Assembly: GCA_044229975.1 (NCBI GenBank)
Contig: JBGARZ010000011.1
Coordinates: 160,001 to 224,000 of the forward strand
Reading direction: 5' to 3'
DNA from: Polyangiales bacterium
GTDB taxonomy: Bacteria; Myxococcota_A; Polyangia; Polyangiales; Ga0077539
DNA: 64,000 bases
This document shows, in pieces, positions 1 to 9,763 of this stretch. How positions within the stretch are numbered: the stretch's first letter is position 1; every line of letters begins with the position of its first letter. The notes beneath the pieces were generated by a model. That model was not told where the DNA came from, made no database searches, and was given only the letters and a program-made list of their open reading frames with translations. A program made the position numbers and the translations under genes.

Positions 1-215
1 ACGAGCCCGCACGGCAGCGCCCACAGGAAGAACAGCAGCCCCGCCGTCGTGTCGGGGTTGATGCGCGCCCCGGCGACGGTCGCGCGGGGGTGGAGGCTGC
101 GCGCGACCGCCGACTGCGGGGGCGCCTGCTCCCACGGAGCGTCAGGCTCACTACACCCAGCGAGCGCGACGACGACCGCCAGTACCCATCCCCATTGAGC
201 GCGCGCGGCTGCCAT
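1..215 (-). CDS. Lipoprotein, 5' part only (runs off window)
   Basis: ATG at 215 gives MAAARAQWGWVLAVVVALAGCSEPDAPW..., with a signal peptide and LAGC lipobox; the frame stays open to the window edge. Confidence 0.7.
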   Translation of the reverse strand, partial: MAAARAQWGWVLAVVVALAGCSEPDAPWEQAPPQSAVARSLHPRATVAGARINPDTTAGLLFFLWALPCGL

Positions 216-465
216 GGCGTCGCGTGACTCTATACCAGCCACCGACGCGCCGCGGGCGACGTCGGCGTCGACAGCGGCCTTGCCGACCTCCCCGCCAGCA
301 ACGACCTCGCTTCGACGGAGGTAGCGATCGCCGCACCCGCGGTCGACGCACTGGTGGTCGCATCGCAGCACCGGCGGATGCATCGAGCACGCGGTGCACA
401 TGGCACCACCGACGGCGGGACGATCCCGGCGACGACGGCGTACGTGCTCTGCTGCGCGCCCTGAA

Positions 466-495
466 CGTCACCCCCGCGGGTCGACCGCATCGCGC
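466..495 (+). repeat. Direct repeat, left copy (att-like)
   Basis: Matches 2308-2337 with 1 mismatch. Confidence 0.9.
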
Positions 496-633
496 TCGAC
501 ATGGGGCGCGTGTTCAGTCAGTGAGGACAGAGCTGATCGTCATCGACCGACATGCGTGAGAGGAGACGCCGTCCGCCCGACACCGTTGCTATCGCGCAAT
601 CACCCCAACGCCGCCCCGTGGTAGCTTCGCCGC

Positions 634-1257
634 GTGCGTAGGCGATCGACACCTTCGAGTGCAAGCCCCACATCGACGAAGCAGGTTCAATACGAGCTCG
701 CTCGACTCTTCACGGATCAGGATCCTGACCTCGTGACCGACTGCATCGCTCCCCTGCTCGCATGGTTGCCGCAGGGCGGAGCGACGCCGCTCGTCGTTGC
801 GGTCGAGCACCGTACGGTCAACCGCTCTGAAGACGTCACCCTCACCACGAGCTGGAGCCTGCCGACGCTCCAAGGTCTCATCCCTGGCCTCTCCGACCAC
901 ACGCGACGTCTTCGGAAGGCGACCTCTCCGCAGCGCGAGCACGTGACAGAGCTCGCGTCCTACGCGCTGGCGTTCGTTGCCATCTCCGCGCTCATGCCGG
1001 GACGTCGTGTGGTGCGCTTTCACAAGGGATACGCGCCCGACCTGCTCTTTGACATCACCCCAACCGCGTTGAAGGGCGTCGAGGTCGCGGGCCGCACCTC
1101 CGGCGGTCGGGCGGCGTTGCGCGCCGTTCGCGATGGCTCAAAGAGCCAACCGGGCAAGGCCCCTCAGCTTCGCGCGGAGCCGACCATCGTCGAGGCACAT
1201 CTGTCCCTCTGGTGTGCGACGCCTTGCGTTGGTCTCTGGGAGCAGGTGAAGCCATGA
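634..1257 (+). CDS. Hypothetical protein, putative PD-(D/E)XK restriction-endonuclease-like fold
   Basis: 207 aa ORF; helix TELASYALA followed by GYAPDLLF...GVEVAG (E...PD...E pattern); stop overlaps the next ATG (ATGA). Confidence 0.6.
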   Translation: MRRRSTPSSASPTSTKQVQYELARLFTDQDPDLVTDCIAPLLAWLPQGGATPLVVAVEHRTVNRSEDVTLTTSWSLPTLQGLIPGLSDHTRRLRKATSPQREHVTELASYALAFVAISALMPGRRVVRFHKGYAPDLLFDITPTALKGVEVAGRTSGGRAALRAVRDGSKSQPGKAPQLRAEPTIVEAHLSLWCATPCVGLWEQVKP

Positions 1258-2270
1258 GTTCGACGACGGACCTGTACACACACCTCCTCGCCGGCGCCGG
1301 AAAGCTCGAGCTGCGTGCGACGGCGAAGCTGGCCGAGGGGTCGTCCGAGTCCATCTTTGAGGCGTGTGTGCTGCTCCACGAGGCGGCCCGCATCGAGCGC
1401 CGTGCGCTTCGTGCGTTGCCCGCCCCTCCCCCGGCCATCGTTCGGCTCGCCGCCGCGGTAGAGGAGTGCTTCTGCCTCGTGGAAGGGCTCGACCCGACCG
1501 GCGCCGCGAGCGCGTGGGAGGGCGTGGTTCGCGAGCGCGCCCTGGTCCCGCACGACACGACGCTGCTGACGCGTGTCGAACCGCGATACCAAAGAGCGAT
1601 TCAGGACTTCCAAGCGCTCCTGTCGCAGTGCAAGACGCTCATGGCCCACCTACAAGTCGGCCATGGGGTACCGCCCACGTCATCGGCGCGCGCGGCGGAA
1701 CTGCGAGATGTTCGCAGGGTATTGAGAAGGTTTCCCGGCGCCGCGATGTTCTGGTGGAGGGCGTATCGGCTCCAGGAGGCGGAGGAGTCTTTCGCGGACG
1801 CGTGGCTTTCGCTGTCCAAAGCGCGACGACTGGCGCCCGACAACCCGACCTATGTCGCGTTGAGCCTCGTGCTGGCGGTCAAGGCGTTGCCTCCGCGCGA
1901 GGCCGACGCGCAGCTCCAACAAGCGCATGCGACGCTCGACGACCTCGGTCCGGAAGCGTGCCTCATGTACGCACACGCGGAGCTGGAGCGTGCGGAGAAG
2001 ACGGGCGAGCGCGAGCGTTGGCTGCGCGCACGAGATGCCATCGAGCAAGGACTGGCAGCGTCCCCGGCGGGCAACCTCTACCAGAACCTCAAGGCCACTC
2101 GGCTCATCATTGAGTGCCTGCTTGATGGCCGCGCGCCATCGATCGACATCCTCTACCGAGTTGGCCTCGGCGAGGAGGTGGCCGCAGCGCCCCAGGGCGG
2201 CAACGTCATCGATCTCGTCGCTCGGCGCTCGAAGCAGCAGATCTCGGCGAGCCCGTTGGCCGCCGCGTAG
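1254..2270 (+). CDS. All-helical TPR-like partner protein
   Basis: ATG at 1254 overlaps the upstream TGA; Ala/Leu/Arg-rich helical segments such as AWLSLSKARRLAPDNP. Confidence 0.7.
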   Translation: MSSTTDLYTHLLAGAGKLELRATAKLAEGSSESIFEACVLLHEAARIERRALRALPAPPPAIVRLAAAVEECFCLVEGLDPTGAASAWEGVVRERALVPHDTTLLTRVEPRYQRAIQDFQALLSQCKTLMAHLQVGHGVPPTSSARAAELRDVRRVLRRFPGAAMFWWRAYRLQEAEESFADAWLSLSKARRLAPDNPTYVALSLVLAVKALPPREADAQLQQAHATLDDLGPEACLMYAHAELERAEKTGERERWLRARDAIEQGLAASPAGNLYQNLKATRLIIECLLDGRAPSIDILYRVGLGEEVAAAPQGGNVIDLVARRSKQQISASPLAAA

Positions 2271-2307
2271 CACTCCGACGAGCTTATTTGCCAGTCACCA
2301 CTCGCCG

Positions 2308-2337
2308 CGTCACCCCCGCGGGTCGACCGCGTCGCGC
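2308..2337 (+). repeat. Direct repeat, right copy (oppC 3' end)
   Basis: Matches 466-495. Confidence 0.9.
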
Positions 2338-3170
2338 AGCGCTTCACCCAGCAGGTTGAAGCCCACCACCGTCATCAAGATCGCCAGCCCCGGCACCAGC
2401 GTGAGCCGCGGCACCACGCGCGTCAGCGACTCCGACTGCTGGAGCATCGACCCCCACGACGCCGCGGGCGGCACCACCCCGACGCCCAGGTACGACAGCG
2501 CGCTCTCCGCGACGATCATCCCCGCCACCTGCGTCGTCGCGATGACGATCACCAGCGGAACCACGTTGGGCAGCAGGTGCTTCGTGATCACGCGGGCATG
2601 CGAGGCGCCGAGCGCGCGCGCGGCCATCACGTAGTCGAGCTCCTTGAGCTGGAGCGCCTTGCCCCGAATCTGCCGCGCCATGGAGGGCCACGAGAGAGCG
2701 CCGAGCACCACGAAGATCACCCAGAGGTCGGGCTTGTCGATGATCTTGTTGAGCGTCATCACCACGAGCAGAAATGGAAACGACAACAGCGCGTCGACGA
2801 GGCGCATGAGGATGGTGTCGGTCCATCCGCCGAAGTAGCCCGCGAGGAGGCCGACGAGGGTGCCCACCAGCACGACGAGGGCCGTCGCGGCGAAGGCCAC
2901 GGTGAGCGACACGCGCGCCCCGTAGAGCAGGCGAGAGAGCTCACAGCGACCGACGACGTCGGCCCCGAGCGGAAACTCCCACGTCGGCCCGATGGGGACG
3001 CCCTGCGTGGTGAGCGTTCGGCTCTTGAAGGGGAGGTTGGGGTCGTGCGGCGCGAGCAGCGGGGCGAACACCGCGGCCGCCAGCGCGAAGAACACCAGCA
3101 TCAGCCCGAAGCGGGCCCCGCGGTTGCGACGGAAGCGGGCGACCGCGCGCGGATCGAAGAGTGCTGCCAT
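2310..3170 (-). CDS. oppC: Oligopeptide/dipeptide ABC transporter permease (OppC/DppC)
   Basis: [26 protein letters not shown]-loop [35 protein letters not shown]. Confidence 0.92.
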   Translation of the reverse strand: MAALFDPRAVARFRRNRGARFGLMLVFFALAAAVFAPLLAPHDPNLPFKSRTLTTQGVPIGPTWEFPLGADVVGRCELSRLLYGARVSLTVAFAATALVVLVGTLVGLLAGYFGGWTDTILMRLVDALLSFPFLLVVMTLNKIIDKPDLWVIFVVLGALSWPSMARQIRGKALQLKELDYVMAARALGASHARVITKHLLPNVVPLVIVIATTQVAGMIVAESALSYLGVGVVPPAASWGSMLQQSESLTRVVPRLTLVPGLAILMTVVGFNLLGEALRDAVDPRG

Positions 3171-3251
3171 GCGTGCGGCCGCGACGATACACGAGCCGCC
3201 CGCCCAACACTCTCTCAACACCACCGGCCTATGGTACGGAGCGTCCCCATC

Positions 3252-4796
3252 ATGGACCGCCCCCACGTCCTCATCCTCGACTTCGGCTCGCAGTACACGA
3301 TGCTCATCGCCCGGCGCATCCGGGAGCAGTCGGTCTACTGCGAGATCCACCCCTGCACGATGCCGCTCGCCGAGGTTCGCCGACGCGCCCCCGTCGCGAT
3401 CATCCTGTCGGGTGGTCCTTCGAGCGTCTTCGAGGAGGGCGCGCCCTCCGTCGACCCGGCGATCTTCGAGCTCGGGATTCCGCTCCTCGGCATCTGCTAC
3501 GGCGAGCAGCTCACGGCGCACCTCGGCGGCGGCAAGGTCGAGCCCTCGGACAGCCGCGAGTACGGCCCCGCCAAGGTCACCGTCCATCGCAACCAGGGCA
3601 TCCTCGCGCGCTTCATCGCGGGTGAAGTCCTCGACGTGTGGATGTCCCACGGTGATCGTGTCGTCGCGATGCCGCCGGGCTTCGAGGTGCTCGCGACCTC
3701 ACCGCACTCCCCCTTCGCGGCGGTGGGCCACGCGGCGCGGCGCATCTACGGCGTCCAGTTTCACCCCGAGGTGGTGCACACGGCGCGCGGAACGGACGTG
3801 CTCCGGGGCTTCCTCTTCGACGTCGCGGGCTGCCTCCCCGACTGGAGCGCGGGGGCGTTTGCCGACGAGGCCATCGCGAAGGTGAAGGCCACGGTGGGCG
3901 ACGGCCACGCGCTCTGCGCGCTGTCGGGCGGCGTCGACAGCTCGGTGGCGGCGATCCTGTGTCAGCGGGCGCTGGGCGATCGGCTGACGTGCATCTTCGT
4001 CGACAACGGCGTGCTGCGCGCGGGCGAGCGCGACCAGGTCGACCGGGTGTTTCGCGGCAACTTCGGGCTCGACCTGCGGGTCATCGACGCGCGCAAGCGC
4101 TTCCTCGACGCGCTCGACGGCGTGAGCGACCCGGAGCAGAAGCGGAAGATCATCGGGCGGGTGTTCATCGAGGTGTTCGAGGAGGAGTCCGCGAAGATCG
4201 AAGGCGTGACGCACCTCGTGCAAGGGACGCTGTATCCGGACGTGATCGAGAGCGTGTCGTTCAAGGGGCCGAGCGCGGTCATCAAGAGCCACCACAACGT
4301 CGGCGGTCTGCCCGAGCGCATGAAGCTCGCCCTGGTCGAGCCGCTGCGCGAACTCTTCAAGGACGAAGTGCGGGCCGTGGGCGACGCGCTGGGGATTCCG
4401 CGCACCATCCTGTGGCGGCAGCCGTTTCCGGGGCCGGGGCTCGCCATCCGCGTGCTGGGCGCGGTGAGCGAGACTTCATTGGACATCCTGCGCGCGGCCG
4501 ACGCCATCGTGGACCACGAGATCCGCGAGGCCGGGATGTACGAGTCGGTGTGGCAGGCGTTTGCGGTGCTGTTGCCGATTCGCACCGTCGGCGTGATGGG
4601 CGACGGCCGAACCTACGACCAGGTCTGCGCGATTCGCGCGGTGCAGAGCCAGGACGGCATGACCGCCGACTGGGCGCGGCTGCCGCACGAGCTGCTGGCG
4701 AAGATCTCGTCGCGGATCATCAACGAGGTCCGCGGCATCAACCGGGTGGTCTACGACATCTCGTCGAAGCCCCCGGCGACCATCGAGTGGGAGTGA
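3252..4796 (+). CDS. guaA: GMP synthase (glutamine-hydrolysing)
   Basis: [37 protein letters not shown]-terminal [11 protein letters not shown]. Confidence 0.98.
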   Translation: MDRPHVLILDFGSQYTMLIARRIREQSVYCEIHPCTMPLAEVRRRAPVAIILSGGPSSVFEEGAPSVDPAIFELGIPLLGICYGEQLTAHLGGGKVEPSDSREYGPAKVTVHRNQGILARFIAGEVLDVWMSHGDRVVAMPPGFEVLATSPHSPFAAVGHAARRIYGVQFHPEVVHTARGTDVLRGFLFDVAGCLPDWSAGAFADEAIAKVKATVGDGHALCALSGGVDSSVAAILCQRALGDRLTCIFVDNGVLRAGERDQVDRVFRGNFGLDLRVIDARKRFLDALDGVSDPEQKRKIIGRVFIEVFEEESAKIEGVTHLVQGTLYPDVIESVSFKGPSAVIKSHHNVGGLPERMKLALVEPLRELFKDEVRAVGDALGIPRTILWRQPFPGPGLAIRVLGAVSETSLDILRAADAIVDHEIREAGMYESVWQAFAVLLPIRTVGVMGDGRTYDQVCAIRAVQSQDGMTADWARLPHELLAKISSRIINEVRGINRVVYDISSKPPATIEWE

Positions 4797-5134
4797 TGCC
4801 GGGGCGGGTGGACGAGGCGAGCAGCCCGTTGGGCGTCTCAACCGTTGGCGTGATGCTCGCGCTGGCGCTCGCGGGCTGCGCCACGACGGTCCCGCGGGCG
4901 CAGCGGGCGGCCGGGTCACTGGTGTTCACGTGCGACCCCATCGACGCGCGGCTGTCCATCGATGAGACCGACCTCGGGCCGTGCGCGCTCTGGTCGTCGC
5001 GCGCGGTCGCGCTGGGCCCCGGCGCGCATCGTGTGGTGGTGTCGCGCGAGGGCTACCTGCCCGCGGAGTCGGAGGTGGTCCCGACGGGGAGGCGAGTCAC
5101 GGTGGCGGTGACGCTGCGTCGGGTGCCGGAGTAG
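4796..5134 (+). CDS. Small PEGA-like domain lipoprotein
   Basis: TGATG coupling to guaA; LAGC lipobox; LGPGAHRVVVSREGY PEGA-type motif. Confidence 0.75.
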   Translation: MPGRVDEASSPLGVSTVGVMLALALAGCATTVPRAQRAAGSLVFTCDPIDARLSIDETDLGPCALWSSRAVALGPGAHRVVVSREGYLPAESEVVPTGRRVTVAVTLRRVPE

Positions 5135-5852
5135 CGTCGACCTCCTCCATCGCCTTCGCGAGCGCGCGCTTCGCGAGGCGCCCGATGAGCGTCAGCAGGC
5201 CCGCCGTCACGCAGAGCAACAACACCCCGAGCACGATGTTGCGCGGCGTCAGCGCCTTCGAGCGGTCGTTGTCCATGAGCTCGAACACCGAGCGCACCAG
5301 CGAGCCCAGGTATGCGTGCACCGCCGTCGCCGGGAGCATCCCGATCATCATCGACAGCACGAGGTGCCGCAGCGGCAGCGCCGTCGCGCCGAGGAGCAGC
5401 GACAGCAGCGGCTGCGGCATCATCGGCGCCATGCGCAGGAGGATGGCGATGCGCAGCCCGTCGACGCGCACCACCGCGTCGAGCTGACGAAAGCGCGGGG
5501 TCTCGGTGATGCTGCGCCCATAGCGGGTCTTGGCGAGCACGCGCCCGAGGACGAAGGAGCAGCACGCCCCGAGCGTCGCCGCGGGCAGCGCCACGCACAG
5601 GCCCTTGAGCGGTCCGTAGGCGTAGCCCGCGAGGCCCGAGAGCAGGGCCTTGGGCAGCAGCAGCATCGCGCCGACGCAGTACCCGATGACGTACTGCATC
5701 AACGCGACACCGTCGCCGCGGTGCATCCGCGCGGTCAGGTCGACGATGGCGTGGCGGACAAAAGGTGCTTGCAGCACGGCCCACTGTGCGAGCAGCATCA
5801 CGGCAACGGGCCACGCGCGGGCGAGGGTGCGCAGACGATCGCGCGCCGTCAT
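5097..5852 (-). CDS. TVP38/TMEM64 (VTT/DedA-like) membrane protein
   Basis: LAGYAYG...ATLGACCSFVLGR, LLRMAPMMP, IGMLPAT motifs. Confidence 0.85.
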   Translation of the reverse strand: MTARDRLRTLARAWPVAVMLLAQWAVLQAPFVRHAIVDLTARMHRGDGVALMQYVIGYCVGAMLLLPKALLSGLAGYAYGPLKGLCVALPAATLGACCSFVLGRVLAKTRYGRSITETPRFRQLDAVVRVDGLRIAILLRMAPMMPQPLLSLLLGATALPLRHLVLSMMIGMLPATAVHAYLGSLVRSVFELMDNDRSKALTPRNIVLGVLLLCVTAGLLTLIGRLAKRALAKAMEEVDATPAPDAASPPP

Positions 5853-5909
5853 GACACCCGCGGCGGGCGGCGCCCCACACGACAACGATCACGGAGGACA
5901 GGGCTGCTC

Positions 5910-7472
5910 ATGCGTAACGGAAGCGGACGGAAGGTGCGGTTCATCGGTGTCGTGGCTTTGGCAGGGATGGCCTTGCCGGCGCTCGGCTTCGGCTACGGCG
6001 TCGAGGTGCCGGAGAATGGCACGGTGGCCCATGGCCGCGGCGGCGCATTCGTCGCCCGCGCCAGCGACACCTCCGCGGTGGGGCTCAACATGGCCGGTGT
6101 GCTGGGCCTGCGGGGCTTCCAGCTCGGGCTCTCGGTCAACGTGGGCGCCTCGTCCAACTGCTTTGCGCGCCTGGGTAACTACGACTCGGGCCCCGACGCG
6201 ACCATCAACACCGACGGCTCGCGCTTCGCCAACCGCAGCGGCGGCGACGCGGCCTACCTCGGTCGGCCGTACCCGCGCGTGTGCAGCGACCAGGCCCTCG
6301 CCCTCGCGGCCAACCTCTTCGCCACGTACCGCCTCAACCGCCGGCTCGCCTTCGGCCTCGGCATCACCACGCCCAGCACGCCAGGCTCGGGCCAGGTCTT
6401 CGGCGACCAGGTGCGCTTCGCCGACGGCGCCTACGCCCCGACGCCCGCGCGCAGCATGCTCTTTGAGAAGAACCTCCTGGTGCTCTACCCCACCGTCGGC
6501 GTCGCCTTCGCACCGCACCCGCGCGTGCGCCTCGGTCTCACGGCGGGGCCCGGCATCGCCAGCTTCAAGTTTGGCGTGATGGCCAACGTGGACTTCAACG
6601 CGCCCCAGTCCCCCGCGACCGACCTGTTCATCCAGCTCAACGCCAGCGGCATCTTCTTCCACACGTCGCTGTCGACGCAGATTCTCTTCAACCGCTACCT
6701 CTCCTTCGGCGCCAACGTCCGCTACAACGCCCCCATCTCGGCCTCGGGCACCGCCGACACCACCGCGAACTACTACACCAACAGCCCCGTGCGCGGGTCG
6801 TTCAACATCGACGAGATGGCCGTCCAGCTCCCGTGGAACCTCCGGGCAGGCGTCCGCTTCGCCCTGCCCCGCGCCGGTCGCCCGACGCAGGACGACGAGA
6901 GCGGCAACTACGACCCGATGACCGATGACGTCTTCGACGTCGAGGCCAACTTCTCCTTCGAGCACACCAGCGACCTCGGGGTCACCAGCCTGCGCAACAG
7001 CGGCATCATCCGCGCCGACGCGGCCTTCGAGCGCCCCGCCCCGGCCACCCTCGCCATCCGCAGCAACCTCAGCGACGTGTACGGCTTCCGCATCGGCGGT
7101 GACTACAACATCATCCCCGGCACCCTCGCGGTCCGCCTCGGCGTCTCTTATGAGACCCAGGGTCTCTCCAACACCACCGCTGTCGTCCACCTCCCCGCCT
7201 ACGCCGGCACCAGCGTCCACGCGGGGCTCTCCTTCCGCCGCGGGCCCATCACCATCAACCTCGGCTTCGGACACTTCTTCATGCAAGAGCTCGACGCCAG
7301 CTCCTCGCGCGGCATCATCATCACGGCGGGCAACCCCACCATCGCCGGCAGCCCCCAGATCGACCCCACCGGCTGCACCACCATGCAGGGCCAGGGAGCC
7401 TGCACCACCAGCCGCGGAACCTTCCAGGGCTACCTCACCAACGGCTCCATCGGCGCCACCTACCGCTTCTGA
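5910..7472 (+). CDS. FadL/OmpP1-like outer-membrane beta-barrel
   Basis: Signal peptide, GRGGAFVARASDTSAVGLN hatch motif, C-terminal GATYRF. Confidence 0.8.
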   Translation: MRNGSGRKVRFIGVVALAGMALPALGFGYGVEVPENGTVAHGRGGAFVARASDTSAVGLNMAGVLGLRGFQLGLSVNVGASSNCFARLGNYDSGPDATINTDGSRFANRSGGDAAYLGRPYPRVCSDQALALAANLFATYRLNRRLAFGLGITTPSTPGSGQVFGDQVRFADGAYAPTPARSMLFEKNLLVLYPTVGVAFAPHPRVRLGLTAGPGIASFKFGVMANVDFNAPQSPATDLFIQLNASGIFFHTSLSTQILFNRYLSFGANVRYNAPISASGTADTTANYYTNSPVRGSFNIDEMAVQLPWNLRAGVRFALPRAGRPTQDDESGNYDPMTDDVFDVEANFSFEHTSDLGVTSLRNSGIIRADAAFERPAPATLAIRSNLSDVYGFRIGGDYNIIPGTLAVRLGVSYETQGLSNTTAVVHLPAYAGTSVHAGLSFRRGPITINLGFGHFFMQELDASSSRGIIITAGNPTIAGSPQIDPTGCTTMQGQGACTTSRGTFQGYLTNGSIGATYRF

Positions 7473-7473
7473 T

Positions 7474-7495
7474 CGTTTACCGCTCCCGGTAAACG
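7474..7495. terminator. Hairpin between convergent genes (possible bidirectional terminator)
   Basis: cgtttaccg-ctcc-cggtaaacg, perfect 9-bp stem; no clear U-tract. Confidence 0.5.
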
Positions 7496-7499
7496 TCCC

Positions 7500-8879
7500 T
7501 CACCCCTCGACCCTCGCGGCCAGCAGCCTCCGGAGCCGGTCGGGCTCCGGTCGCAGCGCCAGCACCCGCTCGCGATCGACCACCACCTTGCCCGCGGCGA
7601 AGCCCTTCGGCTTGCGCACGTAGCGCCGCTCCGCCCAGGTCACCTCGGCGAAGTCCGCGCCCTTCGCGTCGCTGTGGTGCACCGCCAGCGTCGCCGCGTC
7701 CAGCAGCAGCTCCGACGGGCACTCCGTCCCCTTCACCAGCGGCACCACCACGTGCGCGCCCGCGACGCCCCGCGCGTGCATCCACACGTCGTGCATGCGC
7801 GCCACCTTCGTCGTCAGCCGGTCGTTGTCGGCCGCCCCGCGACCGACCAGGATCTTCATCCCCCGCCAGCCCTCGTACGCGATGTACGGCTGCCGCGGCG
7901 CCGCCTTCGCCCGGCCGCGCGCCACCACCGTCTGGGCCCGCGACACCCCGAGCGCCTGCGCCCGATCGGTCCACGCGCGCAGCACCGACGGAACCACCTC
8001 GCCCTCGCCGTCGACCTCGGCGAGCAGCGCCCGCACCGCGTCGAGCATCCGCGTCGTCGCGTCGAGGCGCTCCCACATCACCTCGGCCCCGCGCTGCATC
8101 CGACGCGCCTTCTGGAAGTACCCCGCGGCCTGCTGCTTGGCGCCCACCGCGGGGTCGAGCGTGACCTCGATGGTCCCGCCCTCCTCCCAGTCCTCCAGCG
8201 TCGCGCGCTTCGCCCCGCGCGGAACCTTCGCCCCCTGTGCGAGCAGTAACCGCCCGATGCGCTGCAGGCGCTCCACGTCGTCGAGCCGCGCGAGGTCGCC
8301 CTCCACCGCCGTCGCCCGCTTCACCAGGCGCTTCGCCTGCGCCCCGAGCGCGTGGGAGAGCGCCGCCCGCCGCAGCTCGCCCGCCAGCGCGTCGCTCATC
8401 GCGCGCAGCCCCTCGCCCGCCGCGTCCCAGTCCGCGTGCGTCGTGTTGGCGTCGTAGACCCGCGCCACGCTCGTCGCGTCGCCGCGCCACGTGAGCACCG
8501 CCTCGCCCGCCTCGTCGAGCACCCGCGCCTCGCCGTGCGCCCCCGCGAACAACCGCACGCGCGCCGTGATGCGCTCGGCGCCGAGGGCGATCCACACCGC
8601 GTCGTCGTCGTCGCGATGGGCGCCGCGCACCAGGCGCCCCACCGCGTGCGCCTTCAGCGCCGCCACCAGCGGGTGCGTCGACGCTGCCCGATGCGCGGGT
8701 TCGCGCTGCGCCCAGCCGACGCCGACGACCCGCGGGCCGACGCCGACCACCAACCGCCGCGCGCCGCCGGGGCACCACACCGTCAGCCCGACGAGCCCCG
8801 TCTCGGGCGTCACGAACGCCCCGTCCACGCGACCGCCGATGAGGAGCGCGAGCGCATCGTCCATCGGGATCTCTGTCAC
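7500..8879 (-). CDS. rqcH: NFACT family protein (RqcH/FbpA) with NFACT-R domain
   Basis: AAGYFQKARR coiled coil; ILVGRGAADNDRLT...DVWMHARGVAGAHVV; RYVRKPKG; start uncertain (8879 or 8864). Confidence 0.85.
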   Translation of the reverse strand: MTEIPMDDALALLIGGRVDGAFVTPETGLVGLTVWCPGGARRLVVGVGPRVVGVGWAQREPAHRAASTHPLVAALKAHAVGRLVRGAHRDDDDAVWIALGAERITARVRLFAGAHGEARVLDEAGEAVLTWRGDATSVARVYDANTTHADWDAAGEGLRAMSDALAGELRRAALSHALGAQAKRLVKRATAVEGDLARLDDVERLQRIGRLLLAQGAKVPRGAKRATLEDWEEGGTIEVTLDPAVGAKQQAAGYFQKARRMQRGAEVMWERLDATTRMLDAVRALLAEVDGEGEVVPSVLRAWTDRAQALGVSRAQTVVARGRAKAAPRQPYIAYEGWRGMKILVGRGAADNDRLTTKVARMHDVWMHARGVAGAHVVVPLVKGTECPSELLLDAATLAVHHSDAKGADFAEVTWAERRYVRKPKGFAAGKVVVDRERVLALRPEPDRLRRLLAARVEG

Positions 8880-9006
8880 GCTCGCTTCCGCAGTTGGGTG
8901 CTTTCGCAAAGAGACGCGAGCCCTGCAAGGCGCGACGACCGACGCGTGGTCAATCCACGCGAGGGAGGAGCAACGCCGCAGGGCGACGCGGATCTGCCGC
9001 GAAAGC

Positions 9007-9576
9007 TTAGGAGACCTTCCGCCGCAACGCGACCGCCGCGTCGCGCGTGGCGCTCTCCTCGGCGTGCTCTTCGATGCGCTTCAGGCGCTGCACCAGCACC
9101 GGCTTGCGCTTCGGAACCTGCCCCATCAGCAGGTGCTCCAGCTTGCCGATGGCGTCGCGCACGCGGTCTTCGTTGCGGTGCTCGAGCATCTGGAGAAACA
9201 CCTCCTGGTCGTCGGGCAGCGTGTGCCCGGCGTTGAGGAAGCCGTCGATGGAGTCGGAGATGGACTTGGTGCTCTGCGCCGCGAGGATCTTCCGGAGCTG
9301 GTCTTGCCGGCGGTTGGGCCCGGGCTCGCCGACCGCCGTCGCGGTCTCGACCACCTTGGGCATCCTGATCGCGGGAGCCAGCTTCTCCATCGCCTCGACC
9401 GCGTCGGGCTTCTTCTGGAAGAGCGCCTCGAGCGCCGCCTTGTACTCACGGTTGGCCGTGGTCGCCGCGCCCTTCTGCTCGTGACGCGCGAGCGTCTCGG
9501 TCGCATGGAAGCTCGACGAACGCGCGCGATCGATGTCACGCCAGCTCTTCTTCGCGGTGCCTGGTTCACGCGGCAT
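9007..9576 (-). CDS. Hypothetical helical protein
   Basis: 189 aa ORF with host-like codon usage (KKSWRDID...YKAALEALF). Confidence 0.8.
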   Translation of the reverse strand: MPREPGTAKKSWRDIDRARSSSFHATETLARHEQKGAATTANREYKAALEALFQKKPDAVEAMEKLAPAIRMPKVVETATAVGEPGPNRRQDQLRKILAAQSTKSISDSIDGFLNAGHTLPDDQEVFLQMLEHRNEDRVRDAIGKLEHLLMGQVPKRKPVLVQRLKRIEEHAEESATRDAAVALRRKVS

Positions 9577-9763
9577 GCGGCATGGTCCTCGGTTGCATGG
9601 ATGGGGGAGTGTTTTGGGGGAAGGAGATGAGATTCAGTGACTGGGTGAGTGGCGCTGCGATGGCGGGGGTGTCGATGCCCGCTCTCTCGGTTGAGCCCTC
9701 TCCGGTGGGAGCCCGACGATGCCGCGTCCTCGGTGGTTCTGCAAGGGTACCCGCGCCGACCGA

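Larger units (their letters stand above)
466..2337. mobile_element. Two-gene islet flanked by 30-bp direct repeats duplicating the oppC 3' end
   Basis: cgtcacccccgcgggtcgaccgc(a/g)tcgcgc at 466-495 and 2308-2337 (29/30 identical), including the oppC stop codon; no integrase inside. Confidence 0.7.

Noticed and set aside
290..464. Remnant ORF ending ...TTAYVLCCAP* just outside the left direct repeat
   Set aside because: Too short and without a convincing start; it may be a decayed gene but cannot be supported.
2577..3251. N-terminal extension of the guaA ORF and of the overlapping oppC ORF
   Set aside because: Shadow frames of divergent genes in high-GC DNA; family motifs begin at 3252 and 3170.
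9580..9760. Possible ncRNA (6S-like words gggagcccg and gggtaccc)
   Set aside because: No long closing helix could be built and the usual 6S gene context is absent; it would need an Infernal search.
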